Source of the DNA: a virus
DNA length: 64,000 nucleotides
Virus record (IMG/VR): IMGVR_UViG_3300045988_130724
Coordinates: 12,203 to 76,202 of that record
Strand: one strand, 5' to 3'
The position numbers were made by a program, and so were the translations under genes. Below the pieces are notes generated by a model, which was not told the DNA's origin, did no database searches, and saw nothing but the letters and a program-made list of their open reading frames with translations. Shown here one piece after another: positions 27,958 through 36,652 of the stretch (its first letter is position 1; every line of letters begins with the position of its first letter).

Positions 27958-28317
27958 TTAAGGTATAGCTATACAGTGTCCGACAGCTTTTATTTCACTA
28001 TAATCTCCTTCAATAACCCGAAGCATTGCTTCAATTATATACCGATAAGTGTTCTTATAGTCACTATATCCAAATTCCAAGTAAGTGCTGCTATATTTTA
28101 AGGGAATATCATCGTTATATAAATATCCTATGTAATATTTCTCTCCATTATATGACACATTTTCCACTATTTCAATATTATATCCTATTTTGCCATTAAC
28201 AACTATCGCATACCAATATCTATCATTATCTAATGAACGAGGTACAACAAATCTATGGCTAATGATTTTTATCCTTGGTTGTAATATACTTCGACTGTTT
28301 ATGTTATCTGAGCTCAT
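27958..28317 (-). CDS. hypothetical protein
   Basis: 119 aa ORF, 1 nt from its neighbour. No motif recognised. Confidence 0.55.
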   Translation of the reverse strand: MSSDNINSRSILQPRIKIISHRFVVPRSLDNDRYWYAIVVNGKIGYNIEIVENVSYNGEKYYIGYLYNDDIPLKYSSTYLEFGYSDYKNTYRYIIEAMLRVIEGDYSEIKAVGHCIAIP

Positions 28318-28327
28318 AGTTGTGTAT

Positions 28328-28645
28328 TTAAAAGTCGCACATTATGGTATATTTAGTTTGCAGAATCTTTAGGACTTTTTCTGTTACAGAAATTATATCT
28401 TCATTATACCTTCTTACGTTTCTGCCATATCCTTTTATATCTTTGCTTATCTTCCGGCGAAGTGTAGCATTTTTAGGCAAACAGATTTCATAGAAACTGC
28501 CATCAATTGAAGTTATCAACATATCAGCTTTCTTCTTTTGATAATCCAGTTCAGTTTCTTTGTATTCACCTTTAGGAATGAAATTGGGATTGGGAACTAA
28601 ATAGCCTTCTGCTACTACATTGCCATTTATATCATATACTTTCAT
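28328..28645 (-). CDS. hypothetical protein
   Basis: 105 aa ORF. No motif recognised. Confidence 0.55.
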   Translation of the reverse strand: MKVYDINGNVVAEGYLVPNPNFIPKGEYKETELDYQKKKADMLITSIDGSFYEICLPKNATLRRKISKDIKGYGRNVRRYNEDIISVTEKVLKILQTKYTIMCDF

Positions 28646-28656
28646 AATCGTGTGTA

Positions 28657-28839
28657 TTAAGCGTTAATACCAATTGATTTTCTCATAAAGTCACTTGCTT
28701 GCTCTACTGACATATTCAGTTTCTTTTGAATCAGGATAAGCATACAGCTTACTTGTTCTTCTGTATCTAAGTTACCTTGTACAAACTCTGACATGATGAA
28801 CTTTTCTATTATTCTCTGTTGGATTATTGTTGCTTTCAT
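28657..28839 (-). CDS. hypothetical protein
   Basis: 60 aa ORF. Its first 12 nt and its upstream region duplicate those of the ORF at 39409-39693. Confidence 0.5.
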   Translation of the reverse strand: MKATIIQQRIIEKFIMSEFVQGNLDTEEQVSCMLILIQKKLNMSVEQASDFMRKSIGINA

Positions 28840-28975
28840 TGCTCTTGTCTTTTAATTGTTAGTATTATTGGTTTCTTTTTGTATTGTAAAGATAGTCATT
28901 ATCAACGAGTTAGCCAAACATTTGCACTTTTATTTTTATCACAAACATCTCTAAATCAAAGATTTAACTTTTGAC
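28828..28975 (-). repeat. dispersed repeat copy A (promoter plus leader plus first 4 codons)
   Basis: About 85% identical by eye over about 148 nt to 39682-39827 (cattgctcttgtcttttaattgttagtattattggtttcttttt...caaagatttaac). Confidence 0.8.
28887..28918 (-). promoter_or_regulatory. early-type promoter (-7 TATCTTTA, -33 TTTG)
   Basis: taaagata at 28887-28894, caaa at 28915-28918, 20-nt spacer. Confidence 0.5.
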
Positions 28976-29026
28976 ATAGAACAAAAATGGCACCGACTTT
29001 CACAAGCCAGTGCACATAAGAGCAAT

Positions 29027-29049
29027 GAAAACACAAAAGAAGTGTTTTC
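29027..29049 (-). terminator. hairpin after the large terminase gene
   Basis: 8-bp stem gaaaacac/gtgttttc with a 7-nt loop, 29 nt after the TerL stop. The U-run is partly inside the stem. Confidence 0.4.
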
Positions 29050-29077
29050 GGTTACAAAGGTACTAAAAGAAACACAA

Positions 29078-30589
29078 CTACAAAAAATCTTTGAGCAGCT
29101 CTTCATCGCTAATAAAGCTGTAATCCCTAGGATAGAATGTATTCGCTAATGCATCCATATAGTCAGGAGAACGCTTGATACGTTTTTTTATGTCTTCTTT
29201 AGCCTCAATGATAACCTTTCCATTACTGAGAAACTTCCATTTAGTTTCAGTCGCTTCTTCCATTAACTGGTCACATGGAGGTAAAGCTGCACCAAATCCA
29301 TTTTTAGGATTGAGCCAGTCGCGCAAAGCCCAATACAAATATGCGCGCATATTGGCAAATTCATATTCTCCGGTAATATCATGCAACCCATCCGCACCTT
29401 CTGAATATTTACATGAAAAAGCATTTGTAAATTTTTCCTCCAATAAGCGGGAATAAACACCTGCCCCCTCTCCTATCGTATCAACAAATGCTTTTGCCCC
29501 TTTCTTCTTTAGGTAGGGAATCATCATACCTACCACGTGCATGTGGTCCGCACGTCCGGCAGATTGATGCACCTCAAACTGCGGCACATAATTACCATAT
29601 CGGAGACAAAGCACGCTATTATCGCGTCCCATACCGGCCACGTCAACACCTAACTTACAAGATTTGGCTGGAATAAAACCGTTTGCTTGTAATTCTTGCC
29701 AATTCCTGTTTGCTATCTCTATCCATTCATAAGGTATAAGTACATCTTCAGAAACTTTCGGGAACATACCAAGTACCTTAACTCGAAATAAATCATTAGG
29801 TCTGTATAGTTTACCTTCCCAATTGAAATCGCCTTCTCCCTCATTGAAATCTGTTTTTTGAATGGGAGAACACCAATTTATTACCTTGTCTTTTACCCAT
29901 TCATAATCCACTTGACCGGGTATTACTATTTGCTTCTTTACTACATTTTCTGCATTTAGAGAGCTAAGCCTGAATTTCGCAAAACGGTCAGACTTCATGG
30001 CACGAGCTGCGTAACCGGTAGTAACATTAGGATTGAACACTATGAGAAAGCGGGAATTACCCTGTAAGTTACCTTCAATAGCGTTGTATGTCGCTTCTGA
30101 TATACCGGAAGCTTCAGTAACAACAAACATGGTATTTACAGCATGGAAACCGGACCATGCTTCTGTGTTGTCATCACCAGCTTTGAACCCCGTTAGAAAC
30201 CACTCTTCGTAATCTGTTTTAATTCCGGAAGACAGTAGACGTCCGGGCAAGAACCCTGCATTTCTAAATAAACGAGATATTTCAGGTATCATTATATTTT
30301 GAACCTGACGAGCTGTAGGAGCTGTCATAGCAATCTTGGTATTCTTAACTAACTTACCTTCTTTCCAACGTGGAGTAAGATACATAAAGCACATAGATGC
30401 ACAAGCTGCAATGTAATCTTTCCCACGAGCTGTGCCCGATGCTACAGCAGTCATTGGATTATGCTGAACGGATTGAAGAATAGCTTGTTGCTCTCTGTCT
30501 AGCCTTGAATGAAGAACATCATGAGCAAACTTGCACCAATCCTCTCGCCATGCTTTCATGTATCGTATAGACTTTTCATCTTTGCTCAT
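29078..30589 (-). CDS. terL: terminase large subunit
   Basis: 503 aa. Walker-A-like VASGTARGKD near the N-terminus. ATGA overlap with the small-subunit gene. Confidence 0.85.
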   Translation of the reverse strand: MSKDEKSIRYMKAWREDWCKFAHDVLHSRLDREQQAILQSVQHNPMTAVASGTARGKDYIAACASMCFMYLTPRWKEGKLVKNTKIAMTAPTARQVQNIMIPEISRLFRNAGFLPGRLLSSGIKTDYEEWFLTGFKAGDDNTEAWSGFHAVNTMFVVTEASGISEATYNAIEGNLQGNSRFLIVFNPNVTTGYAARAMKSDRFAKFRLSSLNAENVVKKQIVIPGQVDYEWVKDKVINWCSPIQKTDFNEGEGDFNWEGKLYRPNDLFRVKVLGMFPKVSEDVLIPYEWIEIANRNWQELQANGFIPAKSCKLGVDVAGMGRDNSVLCLRYGNYVPQFEVHQSAGRADHMHVVGMMIPYLKKKGAKAFVDTIGEGAGVYSRLLEEKFTNAFSCKYSEGADGLHDITGEYEFANMRAYLYWALRDWLNPKNGFGAALPPCDQLMEEATETKWKFLSNGKVIIEAKEDIKKRIKRSPDYMDALANTFYPRDYSFISDEELLKDFL

Positions 30590-30972
30590 TCGTCATCGTC
30601 CGGCAATTCCTGCATCAATTTTTCAAACTGATTCACATTCACATCCTGCTCCACTTTTTCAACATAACCTCTATGCTTCATTTTGGTCTTGCTTAGCCAA
30701 ATAAGCATAGTATTATCTTGTTCCGTCAGAGCTTTGGCAAACATTGTCGTTTCTAGCTTATCATAGAAACTTTCTTCTACTTCTTTCCATTTTTCGGCAA
30801 AATCTGGATCATTCGCTTTCCATTTATAAGCGATTGAGCGTGATATTTCCACAGCCTCACAAGCTGCGGTAACATTCAACATCCTTGCGTCCAAAGCTTT
30901 TAAGAATTTCGCTTTCTTTTGCCTTGTATTAAGCCTGTACTTCTGTGCCATCTTTATTTCCCTCCAATACAT
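30586..30972 (-). CDS. terS: terminase small subunit (HTH)
   Basis: 128 aa with an HTH-like TAACEAVEISRSIAYKWK segment. Immediately upstream of and coupled to TerL. An alternative ATG is at 30951. Confidence 0.65.
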   Translation of the reverse strand: MYWREIKMAQKYRLNTRQKKAKFLKALDARMLNVTAACEAVEISRSIAYKWKANDPDFAEKWKEVEESFYDKLETTMFAKALTEQDNTMLIWLSKTKMKHRGYVEKVEQDVNVNQFEKLMQELPDDDE

Positions 30973-31639
30973 TGTTTACGATTTCCAACATTTTACAAAT
31001 ACTCAAAGCTTGAGCCTTGATTTTATACTTGGCTTGCACTTTAGCTGATACTTCATTCAACCGGTGCATTGTATCCATATCCACCAAAGTTAGATTACCA
31101 AGCTCTTTTTCTGAATAACATTCCAACGTTTCCATGAGTTTATCAAACGAAACCTTCTGCGTATCAACAAACATAAGAGTTACAGGAACGATTTCGTTAT
31201 TCGGCATTTCAACCGTATAGTTGATATCCTTTACACTTTCCAGAACTTCATTGCTGATATGCGCATACTCTTTCAGTGCGACATCTGTTATTTCATCAAG
31301 CAATTGCTTCAGAATCTCCGCATCGTCCTGCCCAACTATACTGTTATGTGACAATTGTGTTGCCAGCAACCAATCGTTTGTAGTTTCCTCTTCATCTATG
31401 TACATAACATGGATGGAAGTAAGCCCAGCCATTTTTGCCGCTTGCGTCCGGTGATTACCACTCACCACCGTATAAGAGCCATCCGAATGCCTTACACAAA
31501 ACGGTACGGACGACAATTGACCGTCCCTACGAATATTATTTACCAAGGCATTAAACGTGTCCTGTTGCATGAAATGCGCATTTTTCTTGACCAGCTTAAT
31601 GTCTGATAACTGTACTTCCGCTATCTTGAATTTTCCCAT
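30929..31639 (-). CDS. ParB N-terminal domain-like protein
   Basis: 236 aa. SVPFCVRHSDGSYTVVSGNHRTQAAKMAGL resembles the ParB/Srx GxxR box. Overlaps the TerS ORF. Confidence 0.65.
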   Translation of the reverse strand: MGKFKIAEVQLSDIKLVKKNAHFMQQDTFNALVNNIRRDGQLSSVPFCVRHSDGSYTVVSGNHRTQAAKMAGLTSIHVMYIDEEETTNDWLLATQLSHNSIVGQDDAEILKQLLDEITDVALKEYAHISNEVLESVKDINYTVEMPNNEIVPVTLMFVDTQKVSFDKLMETLECYSEKELGNLTLVDMDTMHRLNEVSAKVQAKYKIKAQALSICKMLEIVNNVLEGNKDGTEVQA

Positions 31640-31642
31640 ACA

Positions 31643-33730
31643 TTACTCCTTTCTCGGCTCATCACCGTATTTTTTTACAAAAGCTTTTAAAATATCATCC
31701 AATTTTCCACGAATACCCGCATCTTGTATGTAATGGAGTTTACCAACACAGCGTTCATGCAGTCTGAACACTCCCCGATACTTCATACTTACCGGTTTAT
31801 CGGTAAATACAGAAGTGGCAATCACCCCACATTCATGTTTATACCTTATACCCAACTCTGATTTAAATTCTGATGAAAGAACGCCCATTATTAGTAATCG
31901 GCTTAACTTAGGCAGAGGGTGGTCTATGACAAAATCCGATTTCATCCAAACTGCATCCATGCCGTATTTGCTGACCTTCAGGAAGTCAAACATACAAGCT
32001 CCGAACACGTAATCATCCAAGAACCACAAATAACAGAACGGAGCTGATCCGAGTATGATGCCTTTCTTCAAGTAAATCATGCGCAGATAATCAATTTCTG
32101 CCATAGAAGCACGAACAAACCGGAGTTTGCTATTATTTGTAAGTACGTAATCGTCTGGCAACCGTTTATATTTTAGAGGGATGATAGTTCGCTTGTTAAA
32201 ACTGCTGTCTCCACTTTCTACCACATTAGACCAAATATATGTGCGTTGGTCTTTGAATACCTCTCTTCTGCCCATAAATCCATGCTGCGAGAGAGCCATG
32301 TAATTAACTTGTTCTTCATCTATTTCTGCATATTTCGTTTTAGTTCGTTCTTGAGATCCAAAATCATCCAATAAGAAACGCTGTAATGCGTTGCTTGTGG
32401 CTTTCATACCGGAATGAAATTCATTCTGATAGATTAATATGTCATTCTCTTTGCAGTTAAGAATTGCATCTGATATATCAGCACAATAAAATACTTCAAT
32501 AGACTTACTTTTAAGGCTGTCTACGAGCTTTTGGTAACGTTCCGTATACTTTTTATGGTAATGCTCCAATTTTGCCATAAAATCGTCATAAAGCGACTTA
32601 TGGTAAATATCTTGTGAGTTCTTATGCTTCTTGATGGCATTGAACAGATGGATAGTGGCAATAATTTCAGCCGGACTTTCAGACTTGATATTCAGAAACT
32701 CATATTCATCATTAAAACGCAGTTCTTTTATCTCTCCCTTGATTGCTTTATACATCATGTAGATAAAATACTCCTTTGTATACACCTTAATCTCACGGTT
32801 GGTAAGTATTTGCTCTATATCCATATAGTATGAGTTTACCACATGGGCTACATCAAACTTGGCCGCTTCTTTCTTGATGAAAGAAAGCATACGATTTGAC
32901 TTCTTGAACATGGAACCCACTATCGTAACATTATCCGAATGTTCTGCCGCCCAAAGCAACGGTTTGTGCCTTTGGGGAACTTTAGAATAATCAATATGGA
33001 ACGCTTCAATACATTTATCAATTGTAGTGAGTTGCTTATATTCCTCCATGTCTTCATGTAGATAGGCATACTCCACGAATGAATACATGAATTTGATTGT
33101 TTCCAGAATTTTATCGAAATCCCAGGAGCTATTGAAGATCCTAAACTCTGCCGTTCCTATCTTTTCAATAGAACATAAATTAAGCCAGTACCGGATGTGT
33201 CCTCTATCTGAACCATTGCTAAAAACTTTCAGTAGATTTTCAATAGTATCTGCTTCCAATACACGCTTCACTACATCCCAAGGAGGGCTTGGTACGAGAT
33301 ATTTTGTTTCCCACCACTCCGCAATATCGAATATCCGTTTGATTGGATATGCAGTATAATAAGAGAGAACAAACATACGCTTGATAACATTTAAGTCCAT
33401 GTCCTTGATGTACAGATGCGCATCAAAGCCTTCATTCCACATAAGATAGCTCCCTGCATCTTTCATGGTCTGAATAAACTCCTTCATTTCTTGTAAATCT
33501 TCTGCGCAATAATGGTACGGTCGAGTATTTATCTCACCGCCAAACTGGCCGTGATGTGTAACTGCTGAACCGTCTGAGTTATTCATCATGGTCAGCTTGT
33601 TATCCGTCCACTTGTAACCTGATGGAAGTGGTATGCGTTGTTTGTCACCATCCGCAAACTCTAGTTCCATACCAAATGTTCGATTGGATATGTAGCCTAT
33701 CCACCTTTTATCTATATTCATGTTCTGCAT
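31643..33730 (-). CDS. amidoligase-like (glutamine-synthetase-fold COOH-NH2 ligase) N-terminal domain fused to about 450 aa of unknown function
   Basis: 695 aa. FGMELEF...NNSDGS...GGEINTRP...GFDAHLYI matches the Amidoligase_2 pattern as I remember it. The rest is unassigned. Confidence 0.55.
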   Translation of the reverse strand: MQNMNIDKRWIGYISNRTFGMELEFADGDKQRIPLPSGYKWTDNKLTMMNNSDGSAVTHHGQFGGEINTRPYHYCAEDLQEMKEFIQTMKDAGSYLMWNEGFDAHLYIKDMDLNVIKRMFVLSYYTAYPIKRIFDIAEWWETKYLVPSPPWDVVKRVLEADTIENLLKVFSNGSDRGHIRYWLNLCSIEKIGTAEFRIFNSSWDFDKILETIKFMYSFVEYAYLHEDMEEYKQLTTIDKCIEAFHIDYSKVPQRHKPLLWAAEHSDNVTIVGSMFKKSNRMLSFIKKEAAKFDVAHVVNSYYMDIEQILTNREIKVYTKEYFIYMMYKAIKGEIKELRFNDEYEFLNIKSESPAEIIATIHLFNAIKKHKNSQDIYHKSLYDDFMAKLEHYHKKYTERYQKLVDSLKSKSIEVFYCADISDAILNCKENDILIYQNEFHSGMKATSNALQRFLLDDFGSQERTKTKYAEIDEEQVNYMALSQHGFMGRREVFKDQRTYIWSNVVESGDSSFNKRTIIPLKYKRLPDDYVLTNNSKLRFVRASMAEIDYLRMIYLKKGIILGSAPFCYLWFLDDYVFGACMFDFLKVSKYGMDAVWMKSDFVIDHPLPKLSRLLIMGVLSSEFKSELGIRYKHECGVIATSVFTDKPVSMKYRGVFRLHERCVGKLHYIQDAGIRGKLDDILKAFVKKYGDEPRKE

Positions 33731-34586
33731 ATCTCAACTTGACTAATGATTTATAATTGGGAACAAACGTAACCACATCACCAATGCAATAATTTGAGAC
33801 ATAGTCACACTCCATAATTGAGTATTCACTAGAACTATCTACAAACTTCAAATTGGTACAATCACTAATTTGACACTTATCTAAGTCTACCATTGAATAG
33901 CCACAATCCAAAATCAATTGATTACGTTCTGGGTAAATACCTATAATCCTTGTTTCGATTTCTATACCATTAAGACCCTTTCTCACCTCATAATTACAAT
34001 ATGGGATTGTGCCAAACAACATATATTCACCAATACGAACATCACTTATGAAACTAGGCAGTTTACTATTTTGCCCAAGCCAAAAACTACCTCCCAAGCT
34101 GATAGACTCAATATCATTACGCAGGAGATTCCAGATACGGAACAGTTCTTTTTCCGAAGGGTGATTTTCATTCAGACAACCGGAAGTAATCAAACCATAT
34201 ATATGGGAGCTTGAAAGTGTCCTTATTTCATTGGCCAACTTACTTGCTTCATAAATGCTTAAGCCTTCTCTATTATCACATGCATTAATCGGAATATAAA
34301 AATTATGTATTCCTTGGCACGCATTTCCATTGATAGTAAGATATTTCCAAACATCCGCAAATGATGTAACCACAGCGCCGCTATTCCCCTTTACTGCCTT
34401 TCCGATAGAATAGCATATACTGTCTTTTAAATGGAGTCCAAAAATCTTATTTCTTATTTTATCCGATATATGCTCATAAATATCTTCATAAAAATCCTTG
34501 AACATTAACGAAATAGGAACATTAACAAGTGTTCGGGATTTCTCGATATTCTCAATGATATTTTTGGTATAAACTATAACTTTCAT
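33708..34586 (-). CDS. fold-type III PLP enzyme-like protein (alanine racemase / decarboxylase fold)
   Basis: ISLGGSFW and VRIGEYMLFG (compare RPG..LYG). I place the start at the ATG at 34586, which forms an ATGA overlap with the upstream stop. The track start at 34595 is a GTG. Confidence 0.5.
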   Translation of the reverse strand: MKVIVYTKNIIENIEKSRTLVNVPISLMFKDFYEDIYEHISDKIRNKIFGLHLKDSICYSIGKAVKGNSGAVVTSFADVWKYLTINGNACQGIHNFYIPINACDNREGLSIYEASKLANEIRTLSSSHIYGLITSGCLNENHPSEKELFRIWNLLRNDIESISLGGSFWLGQNSKLPSFISDVRIGEYMLFGTIPYCNYEVRKGLNGIEIETRIIGIYPERNQLILDCGYSMVDLDKCQISDCTNLKFVDSSSEYSIMECDYVSNYCIGDVVTFVPNYKSLVKLRYAEHEYR

Positions 34587-35512
34587 AGCTCCCACTTTAA
34601 GATTAGACGTTCAATCCCTTTGTATTTGATATCTCTTTTGAATGAGAACCCTGCATTGATGAAGCTCTTCATGCTTGCCTCATTCTTGGGTGATGTCATA
34701 GCAAATATCTCTTGTACACCATTAGAAACCAATTTTGCTATATTTGCATTAATAAGTATATACTGGAATCCGTTACCCCTATAATCAGCATGAACAAAAC
34801 ATTTATCCACGTAGGCAGTACCATATTCAGTAAAGTACGTAAGAGAATAGGCAACCAGCTTGTCATTTACCAGTAACCCGAAACTGCAACCGGATTGCAG
34901 GCATTTCACTATATCTTCCTTTTCAGAAGGAAAACACATATCAGGATTAACAAAAAGAGTTTGCTCCATTTTTTCAATATCGGATGTATCAGATATAGAC
35001 AATACTTTCACTTGTATCTTATACTCAATATTTCCTTTTTTTACTGGAAACAATGGTTCGTAACGGTCAATCCATGCTTTAGATAGGAATGTGTCTATGT
35101 CAGTTTTAGGCAACAATGCTTTTCTGTAACTGTCAAAGATGCCCAATACAAACTCTTTATGTTTGGTAAGTTGTTCATTCTTCAACGGACACTTACCACT
35201 ACGAAAGACAAAACTTTTCTTTACCGATTTTACCCACAAGGGGTAAGTACGACACATGATAGGCTTATAACCATTGTCACATGACTTACAGTCTCTGGCG
35301 AAACATTTTGCCTTTTTACCGCCAAAATAATCATCGTCTATAATCTGCAAATGGGAGATTTCTTCTTGGTGCCCATCAAGTTCATGGGGCAATATTACAA
35401 TATGCCCGTCCGACCCGAACGAACAACATTTCCAACCGCAACCGGAGTTTTCACATGCTCTTATTAGTCCTTTTTCGTCCATATATTTGGTTGTATATAA
35501 CTTCATATACAT
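34583..35512 (-). CDS. YkgJ-type Cys-cluster domain fused to GNAT acyltransferase
   Basis: The N-terminal half has CENSGCGWKCC...CFARDCKSC...KPIMCRTYP (CxxCxxCC family). The C-terminal half has HADYRGNGFQ...SPKNEASMKSFINAGF (GNAT motifs A and B). Confidence 0.65.
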   Translation of the reverse strand: MYMKLYTTKYMDEKGLIRACENSGCGWKCCSFGSDGHIVILPHELDGHQEEISHLQIIDDDYFGGKKAKCFARDCKSCDNGYKPIMCRTYPLWVKSVKKSFVFRSGKCPLKNEQLTKHKEFVLGIFDSYRKALLPKTDIDTFLSKAWIDRYEPLFPVKKGNIEYKIQVKVLSISDTSDIEKMEQTLFVNPDMCFPSEKEDIVKCLQSGCSFGLLVNDKLVAYSLTYFTEYGTAYVDKCFVHADYRGNGFQYILINANIAKLVSNGVQEIFAMTSPKNEASMKSFINAGFSFKRDIKYKGIERLILKWEL

Positions 35513-35524
35513 TTTGCGTTAAAT

Positions 35525-35550
35525 GCCTGCCGAGCGTATTCCCGACAGGC
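35525..35550 (-). promoter_or_regulatory. hairpin with GAAUACGC loop just upstream of the cassette
   Basis: The minus strand GCCUGUCGG-GAAUACGC-UCGGCAGGC ends 12 nt before the ATG at 35512. A similar loop occurs at 55155-55178. Confidence 0.35.
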
Positions 35551-35706
35551 TTAACACAAAATTCAATCATCTATAAGTCACTCACAAGAACACCTATGCA
35601 ATCTATTCGGCTTCTTTACAGTCGTGTCAGATGGCAATTACCATCACCCCGTAAACTGCACAAGCTTTTATGTTCTTGCTTCTGCTTATCGCTACTATAA
35701 GGGTTG

Positions 35707-35776
35707 AGCGGAAACAGGGAGTCGACCCCCACTCTTTGGCTGGAATGCCAACGCTCTACCGATGAGCTATTTCCGC
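35707..35776 (-). tRNA. tRNA-Gly(UCC)-like, irregular anticodon loop
   Basis: GCGGAAA-TA-GCTC-ATCGGTA-GAGC-G-TTGGC-ATTCCA-GCCAA-AGAG-TGGGG-GTCGACT-CCCTG-TTTCCGC-T. G1:C72, C2:G71, G3:C70, U73 and UCC fit Gly identity. Total length is only 70 nt, the anticodon loop is 6 nt as drawn, and the T-stem has two G-U pairs. Confidence 0.6.
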
Positions 35777-35898
35777 AATTGTCTATGCTGTCAAACCACC
35801 GCTTGCTTGGCAAATTTGGCAGCATTCCATCAAACGCTATTGATGGTTGGCTAATATTTTTTCTAACTTATCAAGAATCTTATCAAACTTTAGTTCCT

Positions 35899-35927
35899 TG
35901 CAGAAGACTTTAAAAAAGTCTTCTGCA
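35899..35927 (-). terminator. 12-bp perfect hairpin after the DUF488 gene
   Basis: tgcagaagactt-taaaa-aagtcttctgca, 55 nt after the stop at 35982. No clear U-tract. Confidence 0.4.
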
Positions 35928-35981
35928 GGCATTACCAAATTCTACTACGCTTTCCTGTAAGGTCATAATATCAAAACAAAC

Positions 35982-36386
35982 TTAGAACAAACTTGCTTGT
36001 TCGTACTTAGGTTCTTTCTTCTCAACTACTCCAAATTCTGTTATCTCAATGCCAGTCTTTTCAGTAAGCCACTTTGCCAAAATATGCCGATGGCAGAAAT
36101 CACCTGGTTTTTCATAACAGCAGAGAGCAACATCTTTACCTTCACTGTGTCGTTGGATAGTTTGAATCAATTCTTGCGGATTGACTTTTGCAAGAACATC
36201 ATTCAAATACATACTCGTGTACTCTTCATAAGTCCATTTATCATCCAACATGTATCTTCTTGGTGCAACCTCTATGATCTGAGGTGCATTATAAAATCTT
36301 GGCCTCCCTAACGCAACACATATCATTTTTACGTTTGCAGCTGCTAGTTTTCTGTAATTCCCGAAATAACTTGTATAAATCCTCAT
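35982..36386 (-). CDS. DUF488 family protein
   Basis: MRIYTSYFGN...ALCCYEKPGDFCHRHILAKWL matches DUF488. The ATG at 36386 is preferred because a -7 box lies inside the longer track ORF. Confidence 0.7.
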   Translation of the reverse strand: MRIYTSYFGNYRKLAAANVKMICVALGRPRFYNAPQIIEVAPRRYMLDDKWTYEEYTSMYLNDVLAKVNPQELIQTIQRHSEGKDVALCCYEKPGDFCHRHILAKWLTEKTGIEITEFGVVEKKEPKYEQASLF

Positions 36387-36404
36387 TGCTTTATTTTTAT
36401 GGTG

Positions 36405-36412
36405 TAAAGATA
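36405..36412 (-). promoter_or_regulatory. early-type -7 box TATCTTTA
   Basis: Plus strand reads taaagata, 19 nt upstream of the DUF488 ATG. Confidence 0.4.
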
Positions 36413-36455
36413 CTAAATATGGCGTAAAAAGCGCCACATTTAGTCATAAATTTAT

Positions 36456-36641
36456 CTAATTTGATGATTTTATTATCTCAACCTTGTAACATGTCATCAT
36501 GTGGTCTGTTTCGCGCCCCATATTGAAAATATTGCCGAGATAATATTTGCGTACTTCTTGCTCTGATAAGTTGATAGGGGTGACGAACCAGTCTTCATTA
36601 CCTTGTTCGTCTCTTAAATACACTTTTACCGTTGTTTCCAT
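36456..36641 (-). CDS. hypothetical protein
   Basis: 61 aa ORF. No motif recognised. Confidence 0.5.
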   Translation of the reverse strand: METTVKVYLRDEQGNEDWFVTPINLSEQEVRKYYLGNIFNMGRETDHMMTCYKVEIIKSSN

Positions 36642-36652
36642 TGCTTTTAATC

